Assembly (NCBI RefSeq): GCF_055900595.2
Contig: NZ_CM148325.1
Length of the DNA: 64,000 nt
Direction: 5' to 3' (one strand)
Shown: positions 1 through 14,581 of the stretch, piece by piece
How positions within the stretch are numbered: the first letter of the stretch is position 1
Layout: every line of letters starts with the position of its first letter
Position numbers and translations under genes: made by a program
The notes under the pieces: generated by a model
What the model saw: the letters and a program-made list of their open reading frames with translations, nothing else
The model's database searches: none
What the model was told of the DNA's origin: nothing

Positions 1-2
1 TG

Positions 3-1514
<1,512 letters not shown>

Positions 1515-1525
1515 GAGCGGCGGTT

Positions 1526-2416
1526 ATGATGTTTAAGCAATACCTGCAAGTAACGAAACCAGGCATCATCTTTGGCAACCTGATCTCGGTGATTGGGGGA
1601 TTCCTGCTGGCCTCAAAGGGCAGCATTGATTATCCCCTGTTTATCTACACGCTGGTTGGGGTGTCACTGGTTGTGGCGTCGGGTTGTGTGTTTAACAACT
1701 ACATCGACAGGGATATCGACAGAAAGATGGAAAGGACGAAGAATCGGGTGCTGGTTAAGGGCCTGATCTCTCCTGCTGTCTCGCTGGTGTACGCCACCTT
1801 GCTGGGTATTGCTGGCTTTATGCTGCTGTGGTTTGGCGCGAATCCGCTGGCCTGCTGGCTGGGGGTGATGGGCTTTGTGGTTTATGTCGGCGTCTACAGC
1901 CTGTACATGAAACGCCACTCGGTCTACGGCACGTTGATTGGTTCGCTCTCCGGCGCAGCGCCGCCGGTGATTGGCTACTGTGCAGTGACAGGCGAGTTCG
2001 ATAGCGGCGCAGCGATCCTGCTGGCTATCTTCAGCCTGTGGCAGATGCCTCACTCTTATGCCATCGCCATTTTCCGCTTTAAGGATTATCAGGCGGCAAA
2101 CATTCCGGTGCTGCCAGTGGTGAAAGGCATTTCGGTAGCGAAAAACCACATTACGCTGTATATCATCGCCTTTGCCGTTGCCACGCTGATGCTCTCTCTT
2201 GGCGGTTACGCTGGGTATAAATATCTGGTGGTCGCCGCGGCGGTTAGCGTCTGGTGGTTAGGTATGGCCCTGCGCGGTTATAAAGTTGCTGATGACAGAA
2301 TCTGGGCGCGCAAGCTATTCGGCTTCTCGATCATCGCCATCACTGCCCTCTCGGTAATGATGTCCGTTGATTTTATGGTGCCGGACTCGCATACGCTGCT
2401 GGCTGCTGTGTGGTAA
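1526..2416 (+). CDS. cyoE: heme O synthase (protoheme IX farnesyltransferase)
   Basis: Start set to [16 protein letters not shown] (296 aa); UbiA-family polytopic membrane protein. Confidence 0.93.
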
Positions 2417-2430
2417 CACAACCTCTCTAT

Positions 2431-2459
2431 AAAAAAGGTGCTACGGCACCTTTTTTATT
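2431..2459. terminator. rho-independent terminator after cyoE
   Basis: aaaaaaGGTGCtacgGCACCttttttatt: GC stem flanked by A-run and T-run, so potentially bidirectional. Confidence 0.8.
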
Positions 2460-2469
2460 GTCTGAGAAC

Positions 2470-2547
2470 AGAGATACGGCTAATAACCGTATCTCTTGAC
2501 AGAGTGAGTATATGCACATAAATTAATCATACGGTTGATAGCCGTAT
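2470..2547 (+). promoter_or_regulatory. putative promoter/operator of the toxin-antitoxin operon
   Basis: Perfect 10-bp inverted repeat agagatacgg/ccgtatctct (2470..2496) overlaps TTGACA (2496..2501); a second atacgg/ccgtat palindrome at 2529..2547 shares the same core. Confidence 0.5.
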
Positions 2548-2600
2548 TATGCATGAGATCGACTCCCTACGATTTCATTCAGTTAATCAAAGAGGTCATA

Positions 2601-2912
2601 ATGCCTGGAAAAACAGTCGCTCTACCCGATATCGATAAAACGCTGAAAAATGCGCGGGTTGAACTCAAAACCAGTCCCGACGCCAAAAACAAACTTCGTG
2701 AAGCTGCGCAAGCCGTTGGGGTAGATTTAAGCGCTTTTATTTTGAGCGCAGCTATGGAACGCGCCGAAAGTGTGCTTGATAACCAACGTCGCCGTGAGCT
2801 TTCGAATCAAAGCTGGGAACTGATGAACCAACTCATCGCTGAACCTGCTCAACCGACGCTCGCCCTCAAGGCGTTAATGAAAAGGAAAAACAGCGATGGT
2901 CGACAAGCATGA
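2601..2912 (+). CDS. DUF1778-type antitoxin (TacA/AtaR/ItaR-like) of a GNAT toxin-antitoxin pair
   Basis: 103 aa from ATG 2601 with AGAGG Shine-Dalgarno upstream; the ORF-track start at 2535 is a non-ATG extension; immediately precedes and overlaps a GNAT ORF. Confidence 0.7.
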   Translation: MPGKTVALPDIDKTLKNARVELKTSPDAKNKLREAAQAVGVDLSAFILSAAMERAESVLDNQRRRELSNQSWELMNQLIAEPAQPTLALKALMKRKNSDGRQA

Positions 2913-3438
2913 AGAGATTACTCTGCCCATAGTCCTCTCCTGTAATTATCAGTCTGATATTACTTATCCTGGGCAAAAACAGTTTGATTGCGGTAACCCT
3001 GTTATCGATAAATTTGTACGCGCATCGCTAAAGAAAAGTGTGCGTAATAGCGACTGTGCTGCTAAAGCACTTATTGACAGACAAAGTGGTGAACTGATTG
3101 GCATCTGTACTTTTACGGCATATTCGCTGGAAAAACAACGCGTTTCTGGCGTCCTTCAGGGTTCACAACCTTCAGAGATTGGTGTTGTCAGATTAGTCAT
3201 GTTAGGGGTAGCGCGGAAATATCAAAAGCGGGGCTTTGGTCAGGACCTACTATGTGATTTTTTTGAACATGTAAAAATAATTCACCGGGCATTACCAATT
3301 AAAGGGGTTTATCTTGATGCTGACCCTGCCGCCATTAACTTTTATACTCGTCTCGGCTTTGTTCAGCTTTCAGCGAGGCCCAATGTTTTCGGTGCTGTAC
3401 CGATGTTTTTAGCGATTCAGCATATTCTCGCGGCTTAG
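2896..3438 (+). CDS. GNAT-family acetyltransferase toxin (TacT/AtaT/ItaT-like, predicted aminoacyl-tRNA acetylating)
   Basis: 180 aa; overlaps the upstream antitoxin by 17 nt; FDCG motif near N-terminus and Q-x-x-G-x-G acetyl-CoA motif (YQKRGFGQ). Confidence 0.7.
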   Translation: MVDKHEEITLPIVLSCNYQSDITYPGQKQFDCGNPVIDKFVRASLKKSVRNSDCAAKALIDRQSGELIGICTFTAYSLEKQRVSGVLQGSQPSEIGVVRLVMLGVARKYQKRGFGQDLLCDFFEHVKIIHRALPIKGVYLDADPAAINFYTRLGFVQLSARPNVFGAVPMFLAIQHILAA

Positions 3439-3682
3439 ATTATTATCGCCTCCGGCCATGGCAAGTTTTGCCTCAGCCGGAGACTGAGCAGCGTTACCAC
3501 TTTTGTTCAATTGCCCCCGCTTTCATCAGGTCCACATCCTTGCCTTTAATGGTTGCCGTTGCGGCAACGATCGTGGTCCTTATAGCTGCACAAGATTTTC
3601 GTTCAAATTCCGGTTTATAAAGAATAAGCAACGAATTACTGGTAAATGAATCAAGCCGGTAATCTGTAAAGTTAATATCCAG

Positions 3683-4429
3683 TCAGTTTAAGCCGAAAGG
3701 TGCAAAGCCGACCGTTTGAATAGTTTCCTTACCTGACGGACTCTTGATGTTGTACGTAACACGAAGATTGGCCACTTCGCCTAATTTATTGGTTTTGGCA
3801 AAGAGGCTATCCATGCAGGAAAAACCTTTATCTAAAAAATTATCCCGCATTCCAGAACGGGTAATCGTGATCACCGGTAACGTATCGTCAACCGTTTTTC
3901 TGTCAATCATATCTTTTCGACAGGCGGCCATAAAGTCTTCCGGACCAGCATAAATGTGAACACCCTTATCAAGATATTCTTTCGCTTTACTACAATCCAC
4001 CTCGACATACTGACCATTGGCGTACATCATGCCCAACCTGGACCATGCTAAATTCACACCGCGTTGCGTAGCCTGATTAAATAACGTATACGCTTTGGCG
4101 TAATCCACTCGCACCTGTTCACCTTCGTAGTAGATATTCCCCAGCGCTAACGGAGCTTCTTCATCACCTTGTTTAGCGGCTAACTCGAACCATTTAATGG
4201 CTTCCTGAACGTTGGGTTTGGTATCGTAGCGGGGCTGATAATATTCCCAGCCTAACAGGCTTTGCGCGTCGACATCCCCCGACTCAGCCATTTTATACAG
4301 TGTCCTTATCACATCGGGGGCAGGCTTTTCACTGTATATGCTGTCATACAATTCATGCGCTTTCTCGCTTGCCAGTGAACCTTGTGAGGCAATTAATAAA
4401 ATAGCCAATAAACTCTTTTTATTTAACAT
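3683..4429 (-). CDS. secreted Sel1/TPR-like repeat protein with an uncharacterised C-terminal domain
   Basis: 248 aa; N-terminal signal peptide MLNKKSLLAILLIASQGSLA; Sel1-like repeats (AAKQGDEEAPLALGNIYYEG, ATQRGVNLAWSRLGMMYANG); AT-rich. Confidence 0.65.
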   Translation of the reverse strand: MLNKKSLLAILLIASQGSLASEKAHELYDSIYSEKPAPDVIRTLYKMAESGDVDAQSLLGWEYYQPRYDTKPNVQEAIKWFELAAKQGDEEAPLALGNIYYEGEQVRVDYAKAYTLFNQATQRGVNLAWSRLGMMYANGQYVEVDCSKAKEYLDKGVHIYAGPEDFMAACRKDMIDRKTVDDTLPVITITRSGMRDNFLDKGFSCMDSLFAKTNKLGEVANLRVTYNIKSPSGKETIQTVGFAPFGLN

Positions 4430-4845
4430 AAATAACCTTTATGCATCCATCACTATATTTTTCAATATACCTAACCACCAAACATCCACTTCATGAATAA
4501 ATACACAGCCATAACAACCTCAGGTAATAAGTAAACATTTAAGCTGAAGCAGAATAACCAGCACCTCCAACACCTCTATTTATTGCGATAAAATAACACC
4601 ATCCTTTAATAAAAAATAACACACTCATCAACAAATCCGAAAATAATATCATTCGTGGCAGGATAAAATCAGGCGAGCTTTTCATTTGTTATATTTAACG
4701 CACAAAGTATTAATGGCAAGAATACGAGAGAAGCGCATGCCTGACGTAAAAATCACGCTCTTATGTAATATTTACTCATTAACACTCTGTTTACCCAACA
4801 TGCGCTCCGCACTACACTATGTGGGCAATTTTTTAAGAGGTGGTA

Positions 4846-6210
4846 ATGAACGATTATAAAATGACGCCAGGTGAGCGGCGCGCGACCTGGGGTTTAGGGA
4901 CCGTATTTTCATTGCGCATGCTGGGCATGTTTATGGTACTGCCGGTTCTAACTACGTACGGTATGGCACTGCAAGGTGCCAGTGAAGCATTAATCGGTAT
5001 TGCCATTGGTATTTATGGCCTGACTCAGGCCGTTTTTCAGATTCCGTTTGGCCTGCTTTCCGACCGCATTGGTCGCAAACCATTAATTGTCGGCGGGCTG
5101 GCGGTGTTTGCCGCCGGTAGCGTTATCGCTGCGCTTTCCGACTCTATCTGGGGAATTATTCTGGGCCGGGCGTTACAAGGTTCTGGAGCGATTGCCGCTG
5201 CCGTTATGGCGCTACTTTCTGATCTCACGCGCGAACAAAACCGCACCAAAGCGATGGCGTTTATCGGCGTGAGTTTTGGCATTACCTTCGCCATTGCGAT
5301 GGTACTTGGCCCTATCATCACTCACAAACTTGGACTGCACGCGCTATTCTGGATGATCGCTATTCTGGCAACGACCGGTATTGCGTTGACCATTTGGGTT
5401 GTGCCCAACAGCAGCACGCACGTACTTAATCGTGAGTCCGGAATGGTGAAAGGCAGTTTCAGCAAAGTGCTGGCAGAACCGCGACTGCTGAAACTCAACT
5501 TCGGCATTATGTGTCTGCACATGCTGCTGATGTCGACGTTTGTTGCCCTGCCCGGACAGTTGGCTGATGCGGGGTTCCCGGCGGCTGAGCACTGGAAGGT
5601 CTATCTGGCGACGATGTTAATCGCCTTTGGCTCGGTTGTGCCTTTCATTATCTACGCGGAAGTTAAGCGCAAAATGAAGCAAGTCTTTGTCTTCTGCGTC
5701 GGGCTGATCGTGGTTGCGGAAATTGTGTTGTGGAACGCACAAACGCAGTTCTGGCAACTGGTGGTCGGCGTGCAGCTTTTCTTTGTGGCGTTTAATTTGA
5801 TGGAAGCCCTCCTCCCCTCGCTTGTCAGTAAAGAGTCGCCAGCCGGTTACAAAGGTACGGCGATGGGCGTTTACTCCACCAGCCAGTTTCTTGGCGTGGC
5901 CATTGGCGGTTCGCTGGGTGGCTGGATTGACGGCATGTTTGACGGTCAGGGCGTATTTCTCGCTGGCGCAATGCTGGCCGCTGTGTGGCTGGCTGTCGCC
6001 AGTACCATGAAAGAACCGCCGTATGTCAGCAGTTTGCGCATTGAAATCCCATCGGACATTGCCGCAAACGAGACGTTAAAAGTGCGTTTGATGGAAACTG
6101 CGGGTGTCAAAGAAGTGTTGATTGCAGAAGAAGAACATTCAGCTTATGTGAAAATCGACAGCAAAGTGACGAATCGCTTTGAGGTTGAACAGGCAATTCG
6201 TCAGGCATAA
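4846..6210 (+). CDS. yajR: MFS transporter YajR
   Basis: 454 aa from ATG 4846 (MNDYKMTPGERRATWGLG); multi-TM MFS protein. Confidence 0.92.
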   Translation: MNDYKMTPGERRATWGLGTVFSLRMLGMFMVLPVLTTYGMALQGASEALIGIAIGIYGLTQAVFQIPFGLLSDRIGRKPLIVGGLAVFAAGSVIAALSDSIWGIILGRALQGSGAIAAAVMALLSDLTREQNRTKAMAFIGVSFGITFAIAMVLGPIITHKLGLHALFWMIAILATTGIALTIWVVPNSSTHVLNRESGMVKGSFSKVLAEPRLLKLNFGIMCLHMLLMSTFVALPGQLADAGFPAAEHWKVYLATMLIAFGSVVPFIIYAEVKRKMKQVFVFCVGLIVVAEIVLWNAQTQFWQLVVGVQLFFVAFNLMEALLPSLVSKESPAGYKGTAMGVYSTSQFLGVAIGGSLGGWIDGMFDGQGVFLAGAMLAAVWLAVASTMKEPPYVSSLRIEIPSDIAANETLKVRLMETAGVKEVLIAEEEHSAYVKIDSKVTNRFEVEQAIRQA

Positions 6211-6222
6211 AAAACGAGGCGA

Positions 6223-6312
6223 ATTGCCTGTTGCGCTACGCATATCAGGCCTACAAAGTTCCTGAGTGACAAATCTTTGTAGGCCGAATCAGGCGTTCAT
6301 GCCGCATCTGAC
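6223..6312. repeat. REP/BIME palindromic units
   Basis: Two inverted REP-like units (gcctgttgcgctacgcatatcaggcctac ... gtaggccgaatcaggcgttcatgccgcatctgac) downstream of yajR. Confidence 0.75.
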
Positions 6313-6337
6313 ATGAACAAAGCGCAGGTTGTCGCGA

Positions 6338-6829
6338 TTAATCGCGGAAGTTTTTGAACTGGAACGGCTGACCCAGATCGCCACCACGTACCATCGCCAT
6401 GACAGCCTGCAAATCATCACGAGATTTGCCCGTCACACGGATCTCATCGCCCTGAATTTGCGCCTGCACTTTCAGTTTGCTGTCTTTGATCATCTTGACG
6501 ATTTTCTTCTGGGTCGCGCTTTCAATGCCCTGTTTCAGTTTCGCTTCCACAAACCAGGTTTTACCGCTATGAACGATATTTTCCGGTACATCCAGCGAAC
6601 TGCCTTCAATGCCGCGCTTCAGCAGCTTGGCACGCAGAATATCCAGCAACTGATTGACCTGGAAGTCGGACTCGCTCAACACTTTGATGGTTTTGCTGGC
6701 GTCGTTCAGCTCAAATGAGGCTTCAACGTTACGGAAGTCAAAACGGGACTCCACTTCGCGGCTCGCGTTATCGACCGCGTTTCGTGCTTCCTGAAGATCA
6801 ACTTCAGAGACAATATCGAAAGATGGCAT
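6338..6829 (-). CDS. yajQ: nucleotide-binding protein YajQ (UPF0234)
   Basis: 163 aa from [20 protein letters not shown]; the ORF-track 56-aa N-terminal extension was not used. Confidence 0.92.
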
Positions 6830-6908
6830 CTTTTCCTCTCCCTTCATTTTTGATGCGAAGCATAATACCTGCAAAGTTAAATAACCGACAGTCCTGCACC
6901 AGGACGTA

Positions 6909-6952
6909 TCCCTTAATTGTGCATAGTCGCAACAGCATGCACAATTAAGGGA
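6909..6952. promoter_or_regulatory. 16-bp perfect inverted repeat in the divergent yajQ-panE intergenic region
   Basis: tcccttaattgtgcat (6909..6924) and atgcacaattaaggga (6937..6952) with a 12-nt spacer. Confidence 0.5.
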
Positions 6953-6996
6953 TAGCCTTATTGAACACCCGGAGTGGTTGCGGGTGAGGAGGAACA

Positions 6997-8461
<1,465 letters not shown>

Positions 8462-8476
8462 TGTCGGATGCGGCAA

Positions 8477-8502
8477 ACGTCGCATCTGACCAGATGCGAC
8501 GT
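8477..8502. terminator. REP-like perfect hairpin between convergent yajL and thiI
   Basis: acgtcgcatctg-ac-cagatgcgacgt, 12-nt arms. Confidence 0.6.
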
Positions 8503-8514
8503 AAAAACCACAAA

Positions 8515-9963
8515 TTACGGACGATACACCTTCACATTGTTAAAGCCCTGCTCGCGTAGATAGAGCGCCTGCAGGCGGCTCATCACCCCGCGCTCACACC
8601 ACAACAGCCAGGTTTTGTTCTGGTCGAGATCGCCAAATTTGGTGCTCAGTTTATAGAACGGCAGAGAAACCACGTCGATACCTTCAACTCTCAGCGGCTT
8701 ATCTTCTTGTTCATCAACAGAACGGATATCGAGGATCACGTCGTTCGGGCCGAAGCCGTTGACGGTTTCCACTTCCACCACTTCCTGCTCGGTCTGCTGA
8801 GCGATTTCGCGGATATCAACGTTATTCGCTTCCTCAACCACTTTATCGAGAATGCTGAAGTCGAACTTCTCTTCTTCCGCTTCAATCTTCGATTTAACCG
8901 CTTTCACCGTCGGGCTTTTGGAGATAACACCGCAGTATTCCGGCATGGTGCGGGCAAAATCTTCGGTGCCAATCTGGCGAGCCAGGTTGATGATGTGCTC
9001 TTTGTCGTAAGAGATCAGCGGACGCAGGATCAGCGTATCGGAGACGTTATCAATCAGGCGCAGGTTGGTTAGCGTCTGGCTGGACACCTGTCCCAGCGCT
9101 TCGCCGGTGACGAGCGCCTGTACGCCGTAACGTTCAGCCACTTTAGACGCGGCACGCACCATCATACGTTTGAGGATTACGCCCATCTGACCGTCGTCGA
9201 TTTTCTCGAGAATTTCACCGACGACCGGCTCAAAGTTAATGGCGACAAAACGCACGCGGTGGGAGCTACCAAAACGGTTCCACAGATAATGCGCCACCTG
9301 ACGAACACCAATTTCATGCGCCGCGCCGCCGAGATTAAAGAAGCAGTAATGCACGCGGCAGCCGCGACGCATTAACATATAACTGGAAACACCGGAGTCG
9401 AAACCACCGGAAATAAGCGACAGTACATCTTCCTGGGTGCCGATTGGGAAACCGCCAATGCCTTCGTAGCGGCCTTTGATCAGCAGGAGACGATCGTCTT
9501 CAACTTCCAGATGGACAGTCACATCCGGATTGGTCAGCTTCACGCGCGCGGATTCAATATGCTGATTTAAACCGCCGCCGACGTAACGTTCCACATCAAT
9601 CGAGCTAAACTCATGCTTACCACGGCGCTTCACGCGTACGCAGAAGGTTTTACCTTCCAGCTGCTCGCGATACTGAACCAACGCTTTCTCGAAAATATCG
9701 TGCATGTCGGTAAACGGCACGTCTTCGACTTCGAGAATATGGTGGATACCCGGAATACGGGTCAGGGCGTCGCGAATAGCCAGACGCTGGTTTTCATCTT
9801 TTGCGCGAACTTCGATGTTATCCCAGTGGCGGACGACAGCGAGCGTCTCATCATAGTGCTTTAAAACGTTACGAATGTTCCCGGTAAGGATTTTTATAAA
9901 GCGCAAGCGCACAGATTGGCTTTTGATGGTGATTTCCGGGAACAATTTAATGATAAACTTCAT
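8515..9963 (-). CDS. thiI: tRNA 4-thiouridine synthase / thiamine biosynthesis protein ThiI
   Basis: 482 aa; THUMP + PP-loop (SGGFDSGV) + C-terminal rhodanese. Confidence 0.95.
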   Translation of the reverse strand: MKFIIKLFPEITIKSQSVRLRFIKILTGNIRNVLKHYDETLAVVRHWDNIEVRAKDENQRLAIRDALTRIPGIHHILEVEDVPFTDMHDIFEKALVQYREQLEGKTFCVRVKRRGKHEFSSIDVERYVGGGLNQHIESARVKLTNPDVTVHLEVEDDRLLLIKGRYEGIGGFPIGTQEDVLSLISGGFDSGVSSYMLMRRGCRVHYCFFNLGGAAHEIGVRQVAHYLWNRFGSSHRVRFVAINFEPVVGEILEKIDDGQMGVILKRMMVRAASKVAERYGVQALVTGEALGQVSSQTLTNLRLIDNVSDTLILRPLISYDKEHIINLARQIGTEDFARTMPEYCGVISKSPTVKAVKSKIEAEEEKFDFSILDKVVEEANNVDIREIAQQTEQEVVEVETVNGFGPNDVILDIRSVDEQEDKPLRVEGIDVVSLPFYKLSTKFGDLDQNKTWLLWCERGVMSRLQALYLREQGFNNVKVYRP

Positions 9964-10168
9964 GGCGGCAATGGTTCGTTGGCAAGTCTTAAGCGACTTG
10001 TATAGGGAAAAATACAGCAGCCCACACCTGCGGCTGCATCCAGGCGCGGAAGTATACCACTAACATCGCTTTGCTGCGCACATCACCTTACCATTGCGCG
10101 TTATTTGCTATTTGCCCTGAGTCCGTTACCATGACGGGGCGAAAAATATTGAGAGTCAGACATTCATT

Positions 10169-10411
10169 ATGCCGAAGAAAAATGAGGCGCCCGCCAGCTT
10201 TGAAAAGGCGCTGAGCGAGCTGGAACAGATTGTAACCCGTCTGGAAAGTGGCGACCTGCCGCTGGAAGAGGCGCTGAACGAGTTCGAACGTGGCGTGCAG
10301 CTGGCACGTCAGGGGCAGGCCAAATTACAACAAGCCGAACAGCGCGTACAAATTCTGCTGTCTGACAATGAAGACGCCTCTTTAACTCCTTTTACACCGG
10401 ACAATGAGTAA
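10169..10411 (+). CDS. xseB: exodeoxyribonuclease VII small subunit
   Basis: 80 aa; stop overlaps ispA start. Confidence 0.95.
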
Positions 10412-11310
10412 TGGACTTTCCGCAGCAACTCGAAGCCTGCGTTAAGCAGGCCAACCAGGCGCTGAGCCGTTTTATTGCCCCACTGCCCTTTCAGAACACT
10501 CCCGTGGTCGAAACCATGCAGTATGGCGCATTATTAGGTGGTAAGCGCCTGCGACCGTTCCTGGTTTATGCCACCGGCCATATGTTCGGCGTTAGCACAA
10601 ACACGCTGGACGCACCCGCTGCCGCCGTGGAGTGTATCCACGCGTATTCATTAATTCATGATGATTTACCGGCAATGGATGATGACGATCTGCGTCGCGG
10701 TTTGCCGACCTGCCATGTGAAGTTTGGCGAAGCAAACGCGATTCTCGCTGGCGACGCTTTACAAACGCTGGCGTTCTCGATTTTAAGTGATGCCGATATG
10801 CCGGAAGTGTCGGATCGCGACAGAATTTCGATGATTTCTGAACTGGCGAGCGCCAGCGGTATTGGCGGAATGTGCGGTGGTCAGGCATTAGATTTAGATG
10901 CGGAAGGCAAACTCGTACCTCTGGACGCACTCGAGCGTATTCATCGCCATAAAACCGGCGCATTAATTCGCGCCGCCGTTCGTCTTGGTGCATTAAGCGC
11001 CGGAGATAAAGGACGTCGTGCTCTGCCAATTCTCGACAAATACGCAGAGAGCATCGGCCTTGCCTTCCAGGTTCAGGATGACATCCTGGATGTGGTGGGA
11101 GATACTGCAACGTTGGGTAAACGCCAGGGTGCCGACCAGCAACTTGGTAAAAGTACCTACCCTGCACTTCTGGGTCTTGAGCAAGCCCGGAAGAAAGCCC
11201 AGGATCTGATCGACGATGCCCGCCAGTCGCTAAAACAACTGGCTGAACAGTCACTCGATACCTCGGCACTGGAAGCGCTAGCGGACTACATCATCCAGCG
11301 TAATAAATAA
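10411..11310 (+). CDS. ispA: farnesyl diphosphate synthase
   Basis: 299 aa; DDxxD motifs (LIHDDLPAMDDDD, FQVQDDILD). Confidence 0.95.
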   Translation: MDFPQQLEACVKQANQALSRFIAPLPFQNTPVVETMQYGALLGGKRLRPFLVYATGHMFGVSTNTLDAPAAAVECIHAYSLIHDDLPAMDDDDLRRGLPTCHVKFGEANAILAGDALQTLAFSILSDADMPEVSDRDRISMISELASASGIGGMCGGQALDLDAEGKLVPLDALERIHRHKTGALIRAAVRLGALSAGDKGRRALPILDKYAESIGLAFQVQDDILDVVGDTATLGKRQGADQQLGKSTYPALLGLEQARKKAQDLIDDARQSLKQLAEQSLDTSALEALADYIIQRNK

Positions 11311-11334
11311 ACAATAAGTATTAATAGGCCCCTG

Positions 11335-13197
<1,863 letters not shown>

Positions 13198-13376
13198 TCC
13201 CTACTCCACTCCTGCTATGCTTAAGAAATTATTCATAGACTCTAAATAATTCGAGTTGCAGGAAGGCGGCAAACGAGTGAAGCCCCAGGAGCTTACATAA
13301 GTAAGTGACTGGGGTGAACGAATGCAGCCGCAGCACATGCAACTTGAAGTATGACGAGTATGGCAGGAGTGGCAGC

Positions 13377-14351
13377 ATGCAATACAACCCCTTAGGAAAA
13401 ACCGACCTTCGCATTTCCCGACTTTGCCTCGGCTGTATGACCTTTGGTGAGCCGGATCGCGGTAATCACGCATGGACACTGCCCGAAGAGAGCAGCCGTC
13501 CCATCATTAAACGCGCGCTGGAAGGCGGCATAAATTTCTTTGATACCGCCAATAGTTATTCTGACGGCAGCAGCGAAGAGATCGTCGGTCGTGCACTGCG
13601 GGACTTTGCCCGTCGTGAAGACGTGGTCGTTGCAACTAAAGTGTTCCATCGCGTTGGTGATTTGCCGGAAGGATTATCCCGTGCGCAAATTTTGCGCTCT
13701 ATTGACGACAGCTTGCGACGTCTCGGCATGGATTATGTCGATATCCTGCAAATTCATCGCTGGGATTACAACACGCCGATCGAAGAGACGCTGGAAGCCC
13801 TGAACGACGTGGTAAAAGCCGGGAAAGCGCGTTATATCGGCGCGTCATCCATGCACGCCTCGCAGTTTGCTCAGGCGCTGGAACTGCAAAAACAGCACGG
13901 CTGGGCGCAGTTTGTCAGTATGCAGGATCACTACAATCTGATTTATCGCGAAGAAGAACGAGAGATGCTGCCGCTGTGTTATCAGGAAGGCGTGGCGGTG
14001 ATTCCGTGGAGTCCGCTGGCGCGGGGACGTCTGACGCGTCCGTGGGGAGAAACCACCGCGCGGCTGGTGTCGGATGAAGTGGGGAAAAATCTCTACCAAG
14101 AAAGCGATGAAAATGACGCGCAGATTGCAGAACGCTTAACGGGCGTCAGTGAAGAACTGGGGGCAACGCGAGCACAAGTCGCGCTGGCCTGGTTGTTGAG
14201 CAAACCTGGCATTGCCGCACCGATTATCGGTACATCGCGGGAAGAACAACTTGATGAATTGCTGAACGCGGTGGATATCACCTTGAAGCCGGAACAGATT
14301 GCTGAACTGGAAACGCCGTATAAACCGCATCCGGTCGTAGGATTTAAGTAA
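13377..14351 (+). CDS. yajO: aldo-keto reductase YajO
   Basis: Start set to MQYNPLGKTDLRISRLCLGCMTFG (324 aa); ORF-track extension not used. Confidence 0.92.
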   Translation: MQYNPLGKTDLRISRLCLGCMTFGEPDRGNHAWTLPEESSRPIIKRALEGGINFFDTANSYSDGSSEEIVGRALRDFARREDVVVATKVFHRVGDLPEGLSRAQILRSIDDSLRRLGMDYVDILQIHRWDYNTPIEETLEALNDVVKAGKARYIGASSMHASQFAQALELQKQHGWAQFVSMQDHYNLIYREEEREMLPLCYQEGVAVIPWSPLARGRLTRPWGETTARLVSDEVGKNLYQESDENDAQIAERLTGVSEELGATRAQVALAWLLSKPGIAAPIIGTSREEQLDELLNAVDITLKPEQIAELETPYKPHPVVGFK

Positions 14352-14581
14352 ATTTCGCTTTTCACCCATTTTATCTGCTGAATTCCCCATCGTCTGCGAT
14401 GATGGGGACAACGTACCTCCCATCATCTTCTGTAACCATAATCCACCTCTGCAAGAGAAATTCTTGGTGAATGAGTTTGCAGCTATTCATCATCTTCATC
14501 CCTTTGAGCGATTTTTGATAGTTTCTCCAGGTAATATCCCCTAAAACTGTCTTATTTAGTCAATGTAAGAGGATTACAATC

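Noticed and set aside
10592-11269. 225-aa ORF on the minus strand
   Set aside because: Antisense within ispA; Arg/Pro-rich, no independent support
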